Assembly: GCA_024137785.1 (NCBI GenBank)
Contig: JAHRHZ010000034.1
Span: 25,142,427-25,206,426 of the forward strand
Direction of reading: 5' to 3'
DNA length: 64,000 bases
From: Ginglymostoma cirratum
Lineage: Eukaryota
The position numbers and the translations under genes were made by a program. The notes beneath the pieces are model-generated. The model made no database searches. It saw nothing but the letters and a program-made list of their open reading frames with translations, and had not been told where the DNA came from. Shown here in pieces: positions 1 through 11,929 of the stretch (position 1 is its first letter; each line of letters starts with the position of its first letter).

Positions 1-821
1 GGAACAGAATGGAAATAATTGCCAGCAGGTCAAGGACCTAGGAGTGGGAATTTGTATTAATTGAAAGGTTGTGTACCAGAATATTTCGAGAAGATTTGAA
101 TTCAGTTGAAAGGAGGAAAGTTTTCTCCAGTTGTGTCTGAGGTGTCTGCCAGCTTTGCAGTATCTACCATTTAGCATCTGGATCCTTCTGAACATATTGT
201 GAGGTTATTGATCCTTCTCCACATAGAGCTTCTCTCCCGACACAGCACTCTTCCATTTGCAGGGAGTCTGGACATATGAACAAAAAAAATTATACAGCCC
301 AAAAGGCAAGAAGAAAGTAAAGTAAACAAGGGAAAGCAAAGGAAGACAATAGCTCATTTTCCAATGGTAAGGTAACCACCGAAGCTGTGCAGATTGAAGT
401 TAAAGGGGTTGGGACCGTGCAGAAACCTCAATGCAACTGATTCCATGGGAATGGCCCTGGAAATTGAAGATACCAATGGGCAGTTCCCCTCAGTTTGGAA
501 CCTTCCAGAAAAGTCCCTCAAATTTAGAGAACTCAAAGGGTTTTAACTCACTCCCACTTAGTATTTACCCTGGAAAGGTTAGAGAATTAAGAGCCATGTT
601 GGAGTCCTGGGTAACGATTGAACTAAGCCTTGTATGCACAAAACTGTTTTCCCCCTCCCTCACCCTCTCAACCTCATGGCCTAGACCACTGACAACTTCC
701 AACTGAACTCCCCCTCCAACCCTCAAATCTTGTTGTATCTGATCCCAGTCCTACCTGAAGAAGCAGGGGCCTCAGTTTAATGTCTGATCTAAACAATTGT
801 GCCTAAAGTGATGCTGACGTA

Positions 822-1505
822 CATAGAATCATAGATACACAGAACAGTACGGCACAGGAGCAGGCCCGATGGCTCACCTTGTCTGCCCCAGTCATGATGC
901 CATTCTAAACTAATCCTATCTGTCTGCATGTGGTCCGCAACCCTCCGTTCCCACCCTGTTCATGTATTGCTATCATCTCTGCTCCTACCACCTCCCCTAG
1001 CAACACATTCTAACCACTTACTGCCCTCTGTGTTAAAAACATGCCTCACAAGACTCCTTCAAACGTTCCCCCTCTCACTTTAAACCTATGTTCCTAGTAC
1101 TTGACATTTCCACCCTGGAAAAGGACTCCAACTGTCCATCCTATCCATACCTCTTATGATTTTATAAGCTTTGATCAAGTCACCCCTCAGCCTCAATGCT
1201 CTAGCAAAAGCAATCCAAGTTTGTTCAATATAGATAGTAAGAACTGCCGATGCCAAGTTTGTTCAAGCTCTCTTTATAGCTAATATAGTCCAATCCAGGC
1301 AACATCCTGGTAAACCTCTTTTGCACCCTCTCCAAAGCCCCCACATCCTTCCTGTAGTGTGGCCACCAGAACTGCACACAATACTCCAAACGTGACCTTA
1401 CCAAAGTCTTTTACAGCTGTAGCATAACTCGCCAACTTTTATATTTAGTGCCCCAAACAATGCCATATTCTTTCTTTACCACCTGACCCACTTGTGTTAC
1501 CACTT
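822..1505 (-). mobile_element. CR1 LINE 3' fragment
   Basis: Begins with reverse-complemented (catagaat)n-type tail and is homologous to the CR1 copies at 21088 and 26430 (e.g. ggcaacatcctggtaaacctcttttgcaccctctcc, agaactgcacacaatactcc). Confidence 0.75.
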
Positions 1506-2589
1506 TAAATCATAGATTCCCTACAGTGTGAAAACAGGCCATTAAGTCTCAATGCAAACTAATTAAATTCACAAGCAGCTGACTGGGAGCTGGTGGCCAC
1601 AGTGGAACCACAATAAGGTTTACGAGGAAATCTTGATAGGATCTGCACTTGGGCTGATCAGCGATGAATTGAGATTGATAGGGATGATGCAGTGAACTGA
1701 ACCATTGGAACAAAAAAAACAGGCTAGTTCATTTGTCTTTGTGTGATATTGGTTTGAAGGACTCATAATTAGTGAGAACAGTGGCACAATATCATACCCT
1801 TCTTTGACATACAGCTACGCCGCAGAATTTATAAAACAGGAAAGCAATTTAAACCATCTCCAAGTTTGGCAGGAATAAAAGTAAATGCTGCTGGTTGTGA
1901 CAGTGGATGCATATTCCCCAGATTCAGTAAAATGCCATGTGCATCAGTGCTGTGTGGGTTGCTGTGAAGCCAATGGGAATCTGGAATACTTTAATAGAGG
2001 TTACTGTTGGGCAAACAGTAATGACTTTCCCTAATGAGTTAGAGTGGGTCAGTGCCCAATGGGAAGGTGGAAGACCTTCTTGGTAAGTAGAAAGCTTTCT
2101 GCTGAGGGGCCAAAGTGTTCCACAAGCTGTCACCAGGAAGTCAGCAGTTTGCTTTGCTCTGCTCTCCACACCTTTCCTTCCCATTAGACCCACCAGGAAC
2201 CCCCTTCTCCGGCAAGCTCCGGCAAGTGGGTGACCCTTCGCTACTCGATTTGCCTCTGCAGCCCTATCCTGTTGCTGGTTTTATTAGGCAAAAGTTGGGA
2301 CAGTGGCTTTCAAATAAGGCCCAGAAGTTAATATATTCCAGGCCTGTCAGTGCTTCTTCCTCACCCAATCTCATCTGTAGTTAAAATCTAACCCTCGGAA
2401 TTGACACTAGCTGCAGGGAGCTCGTTACAGGAATGTAACTAAAGGCTAACTTCACAGATTCTGAACAGTCAGTGAGGAACCACACTGGGAAGGGCTAAGT
2501 GGGTCAAGCTGGGTCTACAATACTGTCGTGTTGATTCTTCATTTCGGAGTGGATTTACTGTCATAGGTACCTTTGGAGATACTTTCTAA

Positions 2590-2680
2590 TCAATCTGTTT
2601 AGAAATGTTCTTACACACCTCTTGGAGCAGGTAGGACTTGAACCTGGATCACCTGGCTCAGAAGTAGGGACACTACTTGT
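2590..2680 (-). mobile_element. Short tRNA-derived SINE head
   Basis: ggacttgaacc is a reverse B-box (GGTTCAAGTCC). A near-identical unit (ggagcaggtaggacttgaacctgga) recurs at about 63950-64000. Confidence 0.55.
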
Positions 2681-3689
2681 GTCAGAAGAGCCCTATGTAT
2701 ATCATTCAACAACACTGATTATAATGTTAAACATCTGTAGACTTTATATTGCCTCCGGGGACTGTATCGGTTTCTCCAGCTTTGTATGTGTAATTACAAT
2801 GGATTGGTAGAAACTCCAAATAAATATGCAAATAGATTATACAGCGCTGATATGACAGTGGATCAGGAGGAACTCACCAAGGAAACTCCAGGTTCAAATC
2901 ACCTAGCTACACAAATCCAATGTCCTTGAATTATTCCTGTCATATGCTGCTGAAGGACTTTACTTAGGCTATTAAATTAAAATCCATTCTTTCAGAAGGT
3001 GATATTAACCATGTTTCCTCTTGAATGCTGTCTTTCAGTGTGGTAAATGTAGAGTATTCAACAGCAATAGTGGAGAAAATCATTAAAAATCTATCCATGT
3101 AACTGGAATGAAAAGACTTCAAAAGTCCTAACAAGGTTAAGTACCATGCAAATCTTTCAAGGTTAAATGGTGCTGTTTTTTCAACAGACTTGAAGATTAG
3201 ACAAATGTACAGTAGAGAAGCGTTTATTATTACAGACGTGCAAAAAACCAGAGGCTACATTCTGTAGCTCATCAGCAATCATTTCTTCATTGTAATTACA
3301 CTTTCCAGTCATTAATAATTACTGTTTTTTCTTGTGATATGAGAACTGATTGAGGAGATAAAATACATCACATCTCCTTATTCAACTTTCTTGTCCATGT
3401 TCCTCTTTGGAACTTAATCTTTCTTGCATTTGGCTGGGACAGGTTCATTTAACAGCTCCATAAGCAAAATTTTGGCATTGCATTGCAAAACTAAAGTGAA
3501 TTCTTTTAGTTTTTGCCCTCAGAATCTCATTGTTACTTAGTCAACTGAGTGTCAAACCTGTGTGGATATAGTTATTATACAGAATCACATCATTGGATAA
3601 GGCATAACAGCAGAATGTGTAAGTAGCATGTCCACTCCCAGATTGCCAGCCTTTCATTATTGCTGCAAGCTAATTTGTATCAGGTACTA

Positions 3690-4010
3690 ATGTTTTTATT
3701 TACTTGTGGAACTTGGGTGTCGCATAGTTTATTACCCGTCCCTAGTTGCCCTTGGGAATGTGGTGTTGAGCTGCCTTTTTGAACCGCTGCAGTCCATGTG
3801 CTGTAAATAGACCACAATGCTGTAGGGAGGGAATTCCAGCATTTGACCCAGTGACAGTGAAGGAACAGTGATAGATTTCCAAGTCCGGGGCGGAGCATGC
3901 AGGCGGGGGTGTTCCCATATACCTTCTGCCCTTGCCCTTCTCGATGGAAGTGGTTGTAGGTTTGGAGGGTGCTGTCTGAGGATCTTTGGTGACCTGTCTC
4001 TGGTGGGAAA
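3690..4010 (-). mobile_element. 3' end of the CR1/L2-group LINE family also at 61540-63315
   Basis: Minus-strand ORF SPKILRQHPPNLQPLPSRRARA matches SPKILRQHLPNL at the end of the 62291-63034 ORF; same 3' tail. Confidence 0.8.
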
Positions 4011-5047
4011 CTGATTAACGTCTCGATTTCCGAGGTGGGCTTGAGCCCTGAGCTCAGAGATGGGCTCCCTCTCCAATTTAGGGGAGGCAGGTGGGCTCTG
4101 GAAACAGAAGGGTGAGTCGGAGATCTTCCAACCTCTGAGGAGCACCTTGCTGCCCAGTCCGTCACCATTTCCAGAAGGCTTCAGCCATCAATTACGATGA
4201 TTTAAATTTTGCTTCTCTTTTGAGAGAGAGAGAGAGTCACAGTGGGGCTCCCAATTATTCTTGTGCAGGCCATAAAGCTGAACAGGAATGCCTGGGCAAA
4301 TGTCCACCTTCACTTAGAACCTGAAAGCTTCCGGATTTTTCTTCAGAGTTGATGTGTAACATTAGGGTGAACGTCATATGGAAATACAGGTAGTGTTTCC
4401 AACCCATACTCAATCTGCAATCTTGATAAAGTCATAGACTGTTCGATCCAAACATAATGATGGAGTCATTTTCTGATTGCAATGTAACCACTGCTGCAGT
4501 GATGCAAAGAGCTAATGTTAGAACCACTAACAAGAATTGGATTGCTTGGGCTCAACCTGCTTGTGATTAAAAATTACAATTCTGTTCTTGAAGGCTGAGG
4601 ATGCCAGACTAGATATTAATCTTCATCCTTTTCCTGTGTAATGGGGTTAGGGTGGTATGTGCTTATTTTTCTCTCCTTGTAACAAAAATCTTACAATTCT
4701 ATTTACATCATGTACTCCATCCCTAATGACAAGGAATGGAAGAAAATTAATACAAAACTGAAAGCCGTGAAGGTTGTCTATTCTCAGTTTAGGTTTCTGC
4801 GGATATGAACGGATTACTAATAACTGACATAAACAAGTTCACGAAAATTCACTTCAAAAACAACACGACTTTAAAGCTATCTTGATAGGCAATTTCGCAC
4901 AAATCTTGGACTTCCTTTCTACAAGTGAATCTGTAATCACAGAAAATGCTCCCTGTTTTCCTCATCTCTGAAATCTTTTCCCTGTTGTTTTTAATTTCTG
5001 TCTCTCCACGCCGGCCACACACAGGACTAAAAGGTACTGTGTGGGCT

Positions 5048-5700
5048 TACAGAATCACAGAATTGGCATGGTGTAGAAGGAGGCCATTTGGCCCATTCTG
5101 TTTGTTTTGGCTCTCTGAGCGATTTGACTTACTGCCAATCCCCTGCCTTCTTCCCGTAACCCTGCGCTTTGTTGTTATTTGAATAATCATCGAATGTTAT
5201 CTTGAATGCCTCAATTCAACCTGCCTCAACCTCATTTCCAGGCAGTGCATTCCAAACCTGAATCATTCACTGGGTGAAAAGGTTGTTTCTCACATTGCAC
5301 TTGCTTTTTTAGCAAATCACTTTAAATCTCTGCTGGTCTGGTTCTTGATCCTTTTACAAGCAGGAACAGTGTCTCCCTATCTACTTTGTACAAGCAATGA
5401 GCCGTTAACCTTCTCCTGTCCGAGGTAAAACAAATCACCCTAACTTCTCCAAACTGTTCTCAAAGCTGGTGTCTTTGAAATCAATCCTGTAAACCTCTTT
5501 TGCACTCTCTCCTATGCATCCACATCCTTTCTAAAGTATGCCACTCAGAACTATACGCAGTAGTCCAGAAGAGGACCAACCAGTTGCTTGTATAATATAA
5601 CCTCCCTTCTCGTATACACTGTGCCCTTATTAATGAAGCACAGAATACTGTATTTCATTAACAGCTGTCTCCACCTGTCCTGGCACCTTTGTGTATATAT
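5048..5700 (-). mobile_element. CR1 LINE 3' fragment
   Basis: Reverse CR1 tail (acagaatcacagaat) and RT C-terminal remnants (cctgtaaacctcttttgcactctctcc, cagaactatacgcagtagtcc). Similar copies at about 24225-24860 (-), 53900-54235 (+) and 63440-63670 (-). Confidence 0.65.
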
Positions 5701-6354
5701 ATACACCAAGCCCAAATTGTTCAATGAAACTTTTAATTCAGAAGCTAAATTTTGAAGTATCCCTAATCAATAGAAACTGGCATTTTCTCACTGGAGTTGA
5801 AATCAATTCTAATATTTAGGTCAAATGAGGATAATTGGAACCAGGAAGAGGTGAGATGGTACTTGGAGGAAAGTGCAGAGAAGGGGAGGGATATAAAGAG
5901 GTTAGGCAGGAGAGGCGACTCAAGTAGATGGAACAAGAGAAAATGATGAAAGGGTTCATGCATTTACTGTGGGGGCTGTTTCTTGGATGCAGGAGAGGGT
6001 AAAATAGGAAGAAAAGGAAGATGTGGGGTTGAATCTTGTTGAGGTGAGGCCACAGTGGGCTTTTTCCTCGAATCAAGACCCCATGGGCAGAAGTCTGACC
6101 TCCCAATCAGCGGATGCAGTTCTTTTGCTCAGCAGCGCCACTGGGGAGACTGCGGCTGCTGCTGGAATTACAGGCACCACAACCCCAGGATCAGAGCAAC
6201 CCAGGGCCACTGGTAAATGTGTGGCAGGAGGGGCTGGATTCATAGGCTGTGGGTCACAGGTAGAGGGGTGCAGGGGAGGCCAGCAGCAAGGGCAGGTGGT
6301 ATCGCTCCATATATGTTCCCCCCCTTTCCAATATCCAGTTACATCCCCCACCCT

Positions 6355-6364
6355 CATGCACGCA

Positions 6365-6408
<44 letters not shown>
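6355..6408. repeat. Alternating purine-pyrimidine tract: (CG)n plus (CA)n microsatellite
   Basis: catgcacgcatgcgcgcgcgc followed by (ac)n; 54 nt of uninterrupted alternation. Confidence 0.95.
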
Positions 6409-6413
<5 letters not shown>

Positions 6414-6550
6414 AAGGTGACAACAGGCAGCCTGTACAGTTTGACCTGTCATGTGTGAGTGGTACTGTGAAGGGGCCTTTAAGTAGTTGTTCTTTGGCCA
6501 ATTAAAGGCCTCAGTTTGCAAAAGGGCAGAAAGCTCGATCCACACAGAAC

Positions 6551-6655
6551 ATAGACCCTTCTAAGGAAGGGTCACTGGACCCGAAACGTTAACTCTGTTT
6601 TCTCCTCCACAGATGCTGCCAGACCTGCTGAGCTTTTCCAGCAACTTTGTTTTTG
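6551..6655 (+). mobile_element. Penelope-type pLTR mini-insertion with degenerate hammerhead core
   Basis: ctAagga-agggtcactggaccc-GAAA-cgtt, followed by ...agatgctgccagacctgctgagcttttccagc. Flanked by the direct repeat cacacagaac at 6541-6550 and 6656-6665. Confidence 0.75.
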
Positions 6656-6987
6656 CACACAGAACTAGACTGTGCTGAAGGTGGGTTCATCGTGTTGCCT
6701 GATTAAATGCCACTGCCAGCTCCAAGCTTACCAGTAGTGAGGTCAGAAAATCCCCTACATAGATGGGGAGGAGAGGGGGCGAGCACTGGATCTCAGTGGT
6801 TCAAGGTCAATTTTCCAATCAGCTGGCGGGTGCTGGGAAGGGAATGCTTTTGTTGGTTTTTGGTACAGTGGCTGAGACACAAATGGTTTCCAACTGTGAG
6901 TAACTTCCCATGAAGCCAGGAAAAGCCACATACTGTTCCTGGGTAAGGAGGCAACTCGAGATCCAAACCTGACATTTACCATTCCCA

Positions 6988-7074
6988 GTGATAGCAAGAA
7001 CCGCAGATGCTGGAGTCAGAGACAACACAGTGTGGAGCTGCTCCTCCAGTGCTGCCTGGCCTGCTGTGTTCCTC
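6988..7074. mobile_element. Penelope-type pLTR mini-insertion made of two inverted fragments
   Basis: Minus-oriented tail (gatagcaagaaccgcagatgctggag) joined to a plus-oriented middle (tgctgcctggcctgctgtgttcctcc). 15-bp TSD catttaccatt(c/t)cca at 6973-6987 and 7075-7089. Confidence 0.7.
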
Positions 7075-8764
7075 CATTTACCATTTCCAATTGTGGAGGA
7101 CTGCTTGATCCCTGTCTCCCCATCCTGTATCCATCACTTATTTCCAAATACATGTATCAAACTTAGAGCACAGTAACAAGCCCAACTGGTCTATTCCAGT
7201 TCCATATGTGCCTCCTTCATCTCACTTTATCAGCATACTCATCTGTTCTCTCCACCATGGATGTAGCTTCTCCTTAAGTGCATCCATGCTATTTTCTGCA
7301 ATCACTCCATGTGGCAGCAAGTAGCACATTCCAAACACTCTCTCATATTGAGTTCTGTGCTGACTGACCAACATTGATTCCCAGTCAAGCATCTCTTTCT
7401 GACAGTTGATTTCACATCCCTCATGACTGGATCCCTCCCTGTGTCTGTAAGTTCCTCCAGCCCCACAACCCTTTGAGATATCCATGATGCATTTAGGCCT
7501 CTTGAGCATTCCCAAATTTAACTGCACCTTCAGCTGCCTGAATGCTAAGTGCTGGAATTCACTCTCTAAACCTCTCTCCCTCTCAAGCTCCTATTCCTCC
7601 TTTAACTCAATCTTTTAAACTAAACCCTTTGGTCAAGCATTTGATCAAGTGCTCAAAGATTGAGTTACCCAGATTAGCGTCAATGCCACTTGCTTGTGTT
7701 GCTAAAGGGATTTCCCCTGAATTTCTTAAGGGATTTATTGGTGACTGTCCTACGTTGACAACAAGTTAACTTTGAATTTGCCCACAAGTGTGCACTTTTT
7801 ATTAAGCTGGCCCTATCAAGGCCCTCTTAATTTTAAAGCGTCGATGAGGTTCTATTGCATCCTGAAAAGTCCTTGTCTTTCCTGACAGCTATTACCTTTT
7901 GGTTCTGGTATCATGATCGTAAATCTTCCTTGTATGTTTCCAGAAGGGTGTTATTTACAGAATCAAGGCTTAGTTCGACCAATAATCTTCTGCTTCACAA
8001 AACATTGTGCTGTTATCAATACTTGAAAGGTTGGTGCCCTTTGCTCACTCAGAAACATTCCTGGTATTATTGCTCTTTCCACCCACGTTCCAGGGTTTGT
8101 GTTTTCATGTGAACATAGTTTTTGTGTTCCCTGCAGCATGAGAACCATGGTCAAAAAACCCAAATGTTTGACAAGGTTCAAAAAGAAGTCTTTGTAGTAA
8201 ATCTGTTTCAGATTGGGTAAGATGGGAGCCATGTGAAAAACGTAATTGCAAAAGAGCTATTATAAAAATAACTATTAGCAGTAATTTCTGGATGAAAACT
8301 CGCATCAGACTTAACAAATCAAGAGGAAAATGCCTCATAGAAAACATATGTTACAATTGGCATTTGCACATTGACTTATTTAAAAAATATGGGCAAATAA
8401 GCAAGGAATTCCACATCTATATAATTGCCAGCAACGAGATTTGTCCTCTACTCAAACAGGTAATTGTAGGAGATGAAATGCCAAGCAAAATATTCGGAAT
8501 GCCAACTGACCTGCATTATATTAATAGTTAATAGTAGAACCGCTTTGTATTATATTGCCTTAGAAATGTTTCCTGTATGAAATATAGCCAGAGGTAAATA
8601 TTTCCTGATCCAGGGTTTAGTCACTAAAGATAAATCAAGTTTTAGATGGCAGATACCAATGGAATTGAAGTTCTTGGGATGGGTTCAGTATGGGTGAGAG
8701 ATAGGAAATCGGGAATTTGGAGCAGAACTTAAATCTGTGCAGTCTTCTTCATGAAATTCCTTAT

Positions 8765-9118
8765 GGGGAACACAATGCCCTAGTGGTATTATTGCTAGAC
8801 TATTAATCCACAAACTCAGCTAATTTTCTGGGGACTGGGGTTCAAATCCCACCATGGCAGGTGGTAGAATTTGAATGTGATAAAGAATCTGGAATTAAGG
8901 GGCTAATGATGACTGTGAAACCATTGCCGATTGTAAAACCCATCTAGATTGCTAATCTTCTTTTGGGAAGGAAATCTGGCATCCTTACCCAGTCTGGCCT
9001 AAAGGTGATGCCAGACCTGCAGCACAGTGGTTGATTCTCAACTGCCATTTGGGCAGTCAGGGATTGGCAGTAGCCTAGCCTAGCCAGAGATGCCCACATC
9101 CAATGAGTGAACAAGAAG
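8765..9118 (+). mobile_element. tRNA-derived SINE (short form) sharing its 3' tail with the 61540-63315 LINE
   Basis: A-box-like tgccctagtgg, B-box ggttcaaatcc, body tctggaattaag...gaaggaaatct, tail gccagagatgcccacatccaatgagtgaa. Other copies at 16445-16765 (-), 30160-30510 (-), 34345-34665 (+), 36822-37168 (+). Confidence 0.8.
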
Positions 9119-9189
9119 AAGCGTGGAGGAGAAGAGTGATATCTGATGCTGTTCTTGGACAGTCCCAGGAATTTCCCACAGAAATCCGG

Positions 9190-9493
9190 AACAAGGAGTC
9201 ACTGCCTAAAGATAGAGAGTAAGTCATTTAGGACTGAGATGAGGAGAAGTTTGTTTACCCAGAGAATAGTGAGCCCATGGAGTTCTCTGCCACAGAAAAA
9301 TCGCTGAAGCCAAAACGTTGAATTTTTCAAGAAGGAGGTAGACACACTGTAGTTCTTGGGGCTAAAGGGATCAAAGGGTTTGGGACGAAAGTGGGAACAA
9401 GGCTCTGTTTAGTAATCAACCATGATCATATTGAATAGCAGAGCAGGCTGAAAGGACTGAAAAGCCTACTCCTGTTCCTATTCTCTATGTTCC
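9190..9493 (+). mobile_element. CR1 LINE 3' fragment
   Basis: tttaggactgagatgaggagaagt...gagcaggctgaaaggactgaaaagcctactcctgttcctatt is a typical CR1 3' end. Similar at 17545-17722 (+) and 33608-33845 (-). Confidence 0.7.
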
Positions 9494-9652
9494 CATGAGA
9501 TGCTGTTTTAGGCCAACAGATTCCTTGTCTATTGAAGGCAAATATCAGTCTCCAGTGGCCCCAAACATGTCGCAGCACCAATTGGAGCACCAAATACCTA
9601 TGAGCAGAATCCCTTTGCTTCACTTGATAAACAATAAAACATCATCTTTCTT

Positions 9653-10177
9653 AGATAACAAGCATGGGGCTGGATGAACACAGCAGGTCAAGCAGCATCA
9701 TAGGAGCAGGAAAACTTGACGTTTCGGGCCTAGACCCTTCATCAGAAANNNNNNNNNNNNNNNNNNNNNNNNNNNNNNNNNNNNNNNNNNNNNNNNNNNN
9801 NNNNNNNNNNNNNNNNNNNNNNNNNNNNNNNNNNNNNNNNNNNNNNNNNNNNNNNNNNNNNNNNNNNNNNNNNNNNNNNNNNNNNNNNNNNNNNNNNNNN
9901 NNNNNNNNNNNNNNNNNNNNNNNNNNNNNNNNNNNNNNNNNNNNNNNNNNNNNNNNNNNNNNNNNNNNNNNNNNNNNNNNNNNNNNNNNNNNNNNNNNNN
10001 NNNNNNNNNNNNNNNNNNNNNNNNNNNNNNNNNNNNNNNNNNNNNNNNNNNNNNNNNNNNNNNNNNNNNNNNNNNNNNNNNNNNNNNNNNNNNNNNNNNN
10101 NNNNNNNNNNNNNNNNNNNNNNNNNNNNNNNNNNNNNNNNNNNNNNNNTCCAGCATCTGCAGTACCTTTTATCTCTG
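9653..10177 (-). mobile_element. Young Penelope-like insertion spanning an assembly gap, with intact minimal hammerhead core on the minus strand (9718-9745)
   Basis: Reverse complement reads CTGATGA-agggtctaggccc-GAAA-CGTC. Perfect 16-bp TSD aaacatcatctttctt at 9637-9652 and 10178-10193. Confidence 0.8.
9749..10148. other. Assembly gap (400 N)
   Basis: Run of N. Confidence 1.
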
Positions 10178-11929
10178 AAACATCATCTTTCTTCTTTGTT
10201 CATTTGAAAGCATCTTTTATTTTAACAAATTTTTGCTGGACCTTTGGGACAGACACCTCCATCATAGTTTTGGAGGCAAATGTGCTCAGAGTTCCAGAAC
10301 CTGCAGGGAAGTGCAGATGGCGTATTGTTTAAGCACTATCTAACAGGGTGATGGAATAAACTCGAGCAGTTGGATGCCCTACTTTTGACTGTAGGTTCCT
10401 ATTGTAATAGCCTTGACTTTAGGATTTGCAACAGCAGCAGTAACTGGATGAGTTGGTAGTCGGAAGATCCAGGCTGCCGCATTCCTAGTGCCATCTTCGA
10501 TCACATTGGTTGCAGGATCAGTGACTTTATATTGGCAATTAAAGAGTGGATTTATGCTGCTGTCTGTGATACCAGTGTAAAGGGAATTGGAGTAAACCCC
10601 CTTGTTGATTCTTCTTTTTCTATTCTCCTCTTCCAGAATGCAGCTTCCTGCATAATAAAAACATAGATGCATCTTTTATGGGCCACTGCTGGTACTGAAC
10701 ACTCTCTGGGGTTTACATCATTACATATGTCTAATTGTGCTGACGCTTATTGCGGGTGATAGCTTCCTCAGTAATACTTTTAAGCCCACATCTTTTATAG
10801 TGCATTCCTGATTTATTGCTGTTGGGACTGGTTTATAGAATCCCCAAGGAACCCCTGAGAAGTGCCTGAGACACATGAGCTGAGAGCTGCAGTGGTGTCT
10901 TGGATTGACACCATGCAATGTCTGACAGTGGGTTAAGGCTGTCAGTCCTAATTACGAACTCTTAACTTGATAATACAGGGCATGTTATCCAACACATATA
11001 GGAATTAAAACCAGACCTGCAGTACGCACCGACGCTCAAGGCAATAGTAGGAGCATATGACGAGAAACACGGTGTGCAGTAAGGCCACTGTAGCCCTGAG
11101 CGAACATTCGCCCACCTCCTTATTTCCACCCAGCTCACCTGAAGGCAATGTTTCGTGCTTTGTACGGTTTCACAGGTCCCAAGCATTGTCTGATACCTTG
11201 CCTGGGTAACTGCTATTTTCATTTGAACTTCACAGATCACCATAACAAGCATCATAACTGATTTATTCAAAATCAGACTCATTTAATATCCCTGAAAATT
11301 ATACTTCCTGGAATTAGGTATAACCAGCCATTAATATATGACCTATTAATCAACTACAAACTGAGCATGTCAATCCATGCACGTTATGAGTGTTAGACTT
11401 TCTCAGTGGCTTGTTACAATGGAATCTGTAAAGGTAAAAAAATGTGCTGAACTTATTGGACGTGGCACCGGTTTCCATTTGCCAACTGGATAGCCAGGTG
11501 ACGCTGAGGGGGCTGTGGGGTTTCGGGGGGAATTAAGCATACTGCCATCATTTCTGGGAGCCCCCTGTGCAATTGCAATTTCGTGCCCACCAGACAGCTA
11601 ATTGCCTGGCATCGAGGCTTCAGTCTCCATAAAGGCAAAGGCACCACCTCCAAGAGATGCCAGGCAGACAGTGGGCTGGCAGCTGCTCAGGTCCAGTACC
11701 ATCCCTGGGAGTAGCAGCCACTGCACTCAACCTGGACCAGCAACAACAAAGGTAATCCCAGCATGGTGTGTAGGAGCTCATTGGGAACAGGCAGGCACAT
11801 GGAAAGAGAGGCAGACAGTGTGTGTGGTGTTGAGGACTGGAGACAGTCTTTGTGAGGGGATAGCCCTTATCACAATGAGGACACTCCCTGAGCCACAGGG
11901 TGCCCAGTTGGGATGGAGAACCCCCTCTG

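Noticed and set aside
6023-6545. Overlapping 140-160 aa ORFs on both strands
   Set aside because: Open because of GC-rich repeat debris and the (CA)n tract; no domain or splice evidence.
8765-8855. tRNA genes at A/B-box sites
   Set aside because: All continue into SINE bodies and do not close a cloverleaf; they are SINE heads.
9664-10332. Long ORFs spanning N runs (also 22767-23486 and 57369-57911)
   Set aside because: Artefacts of translating gaps. The real PLE frame at 22784 is a different frame from the listed ORF.
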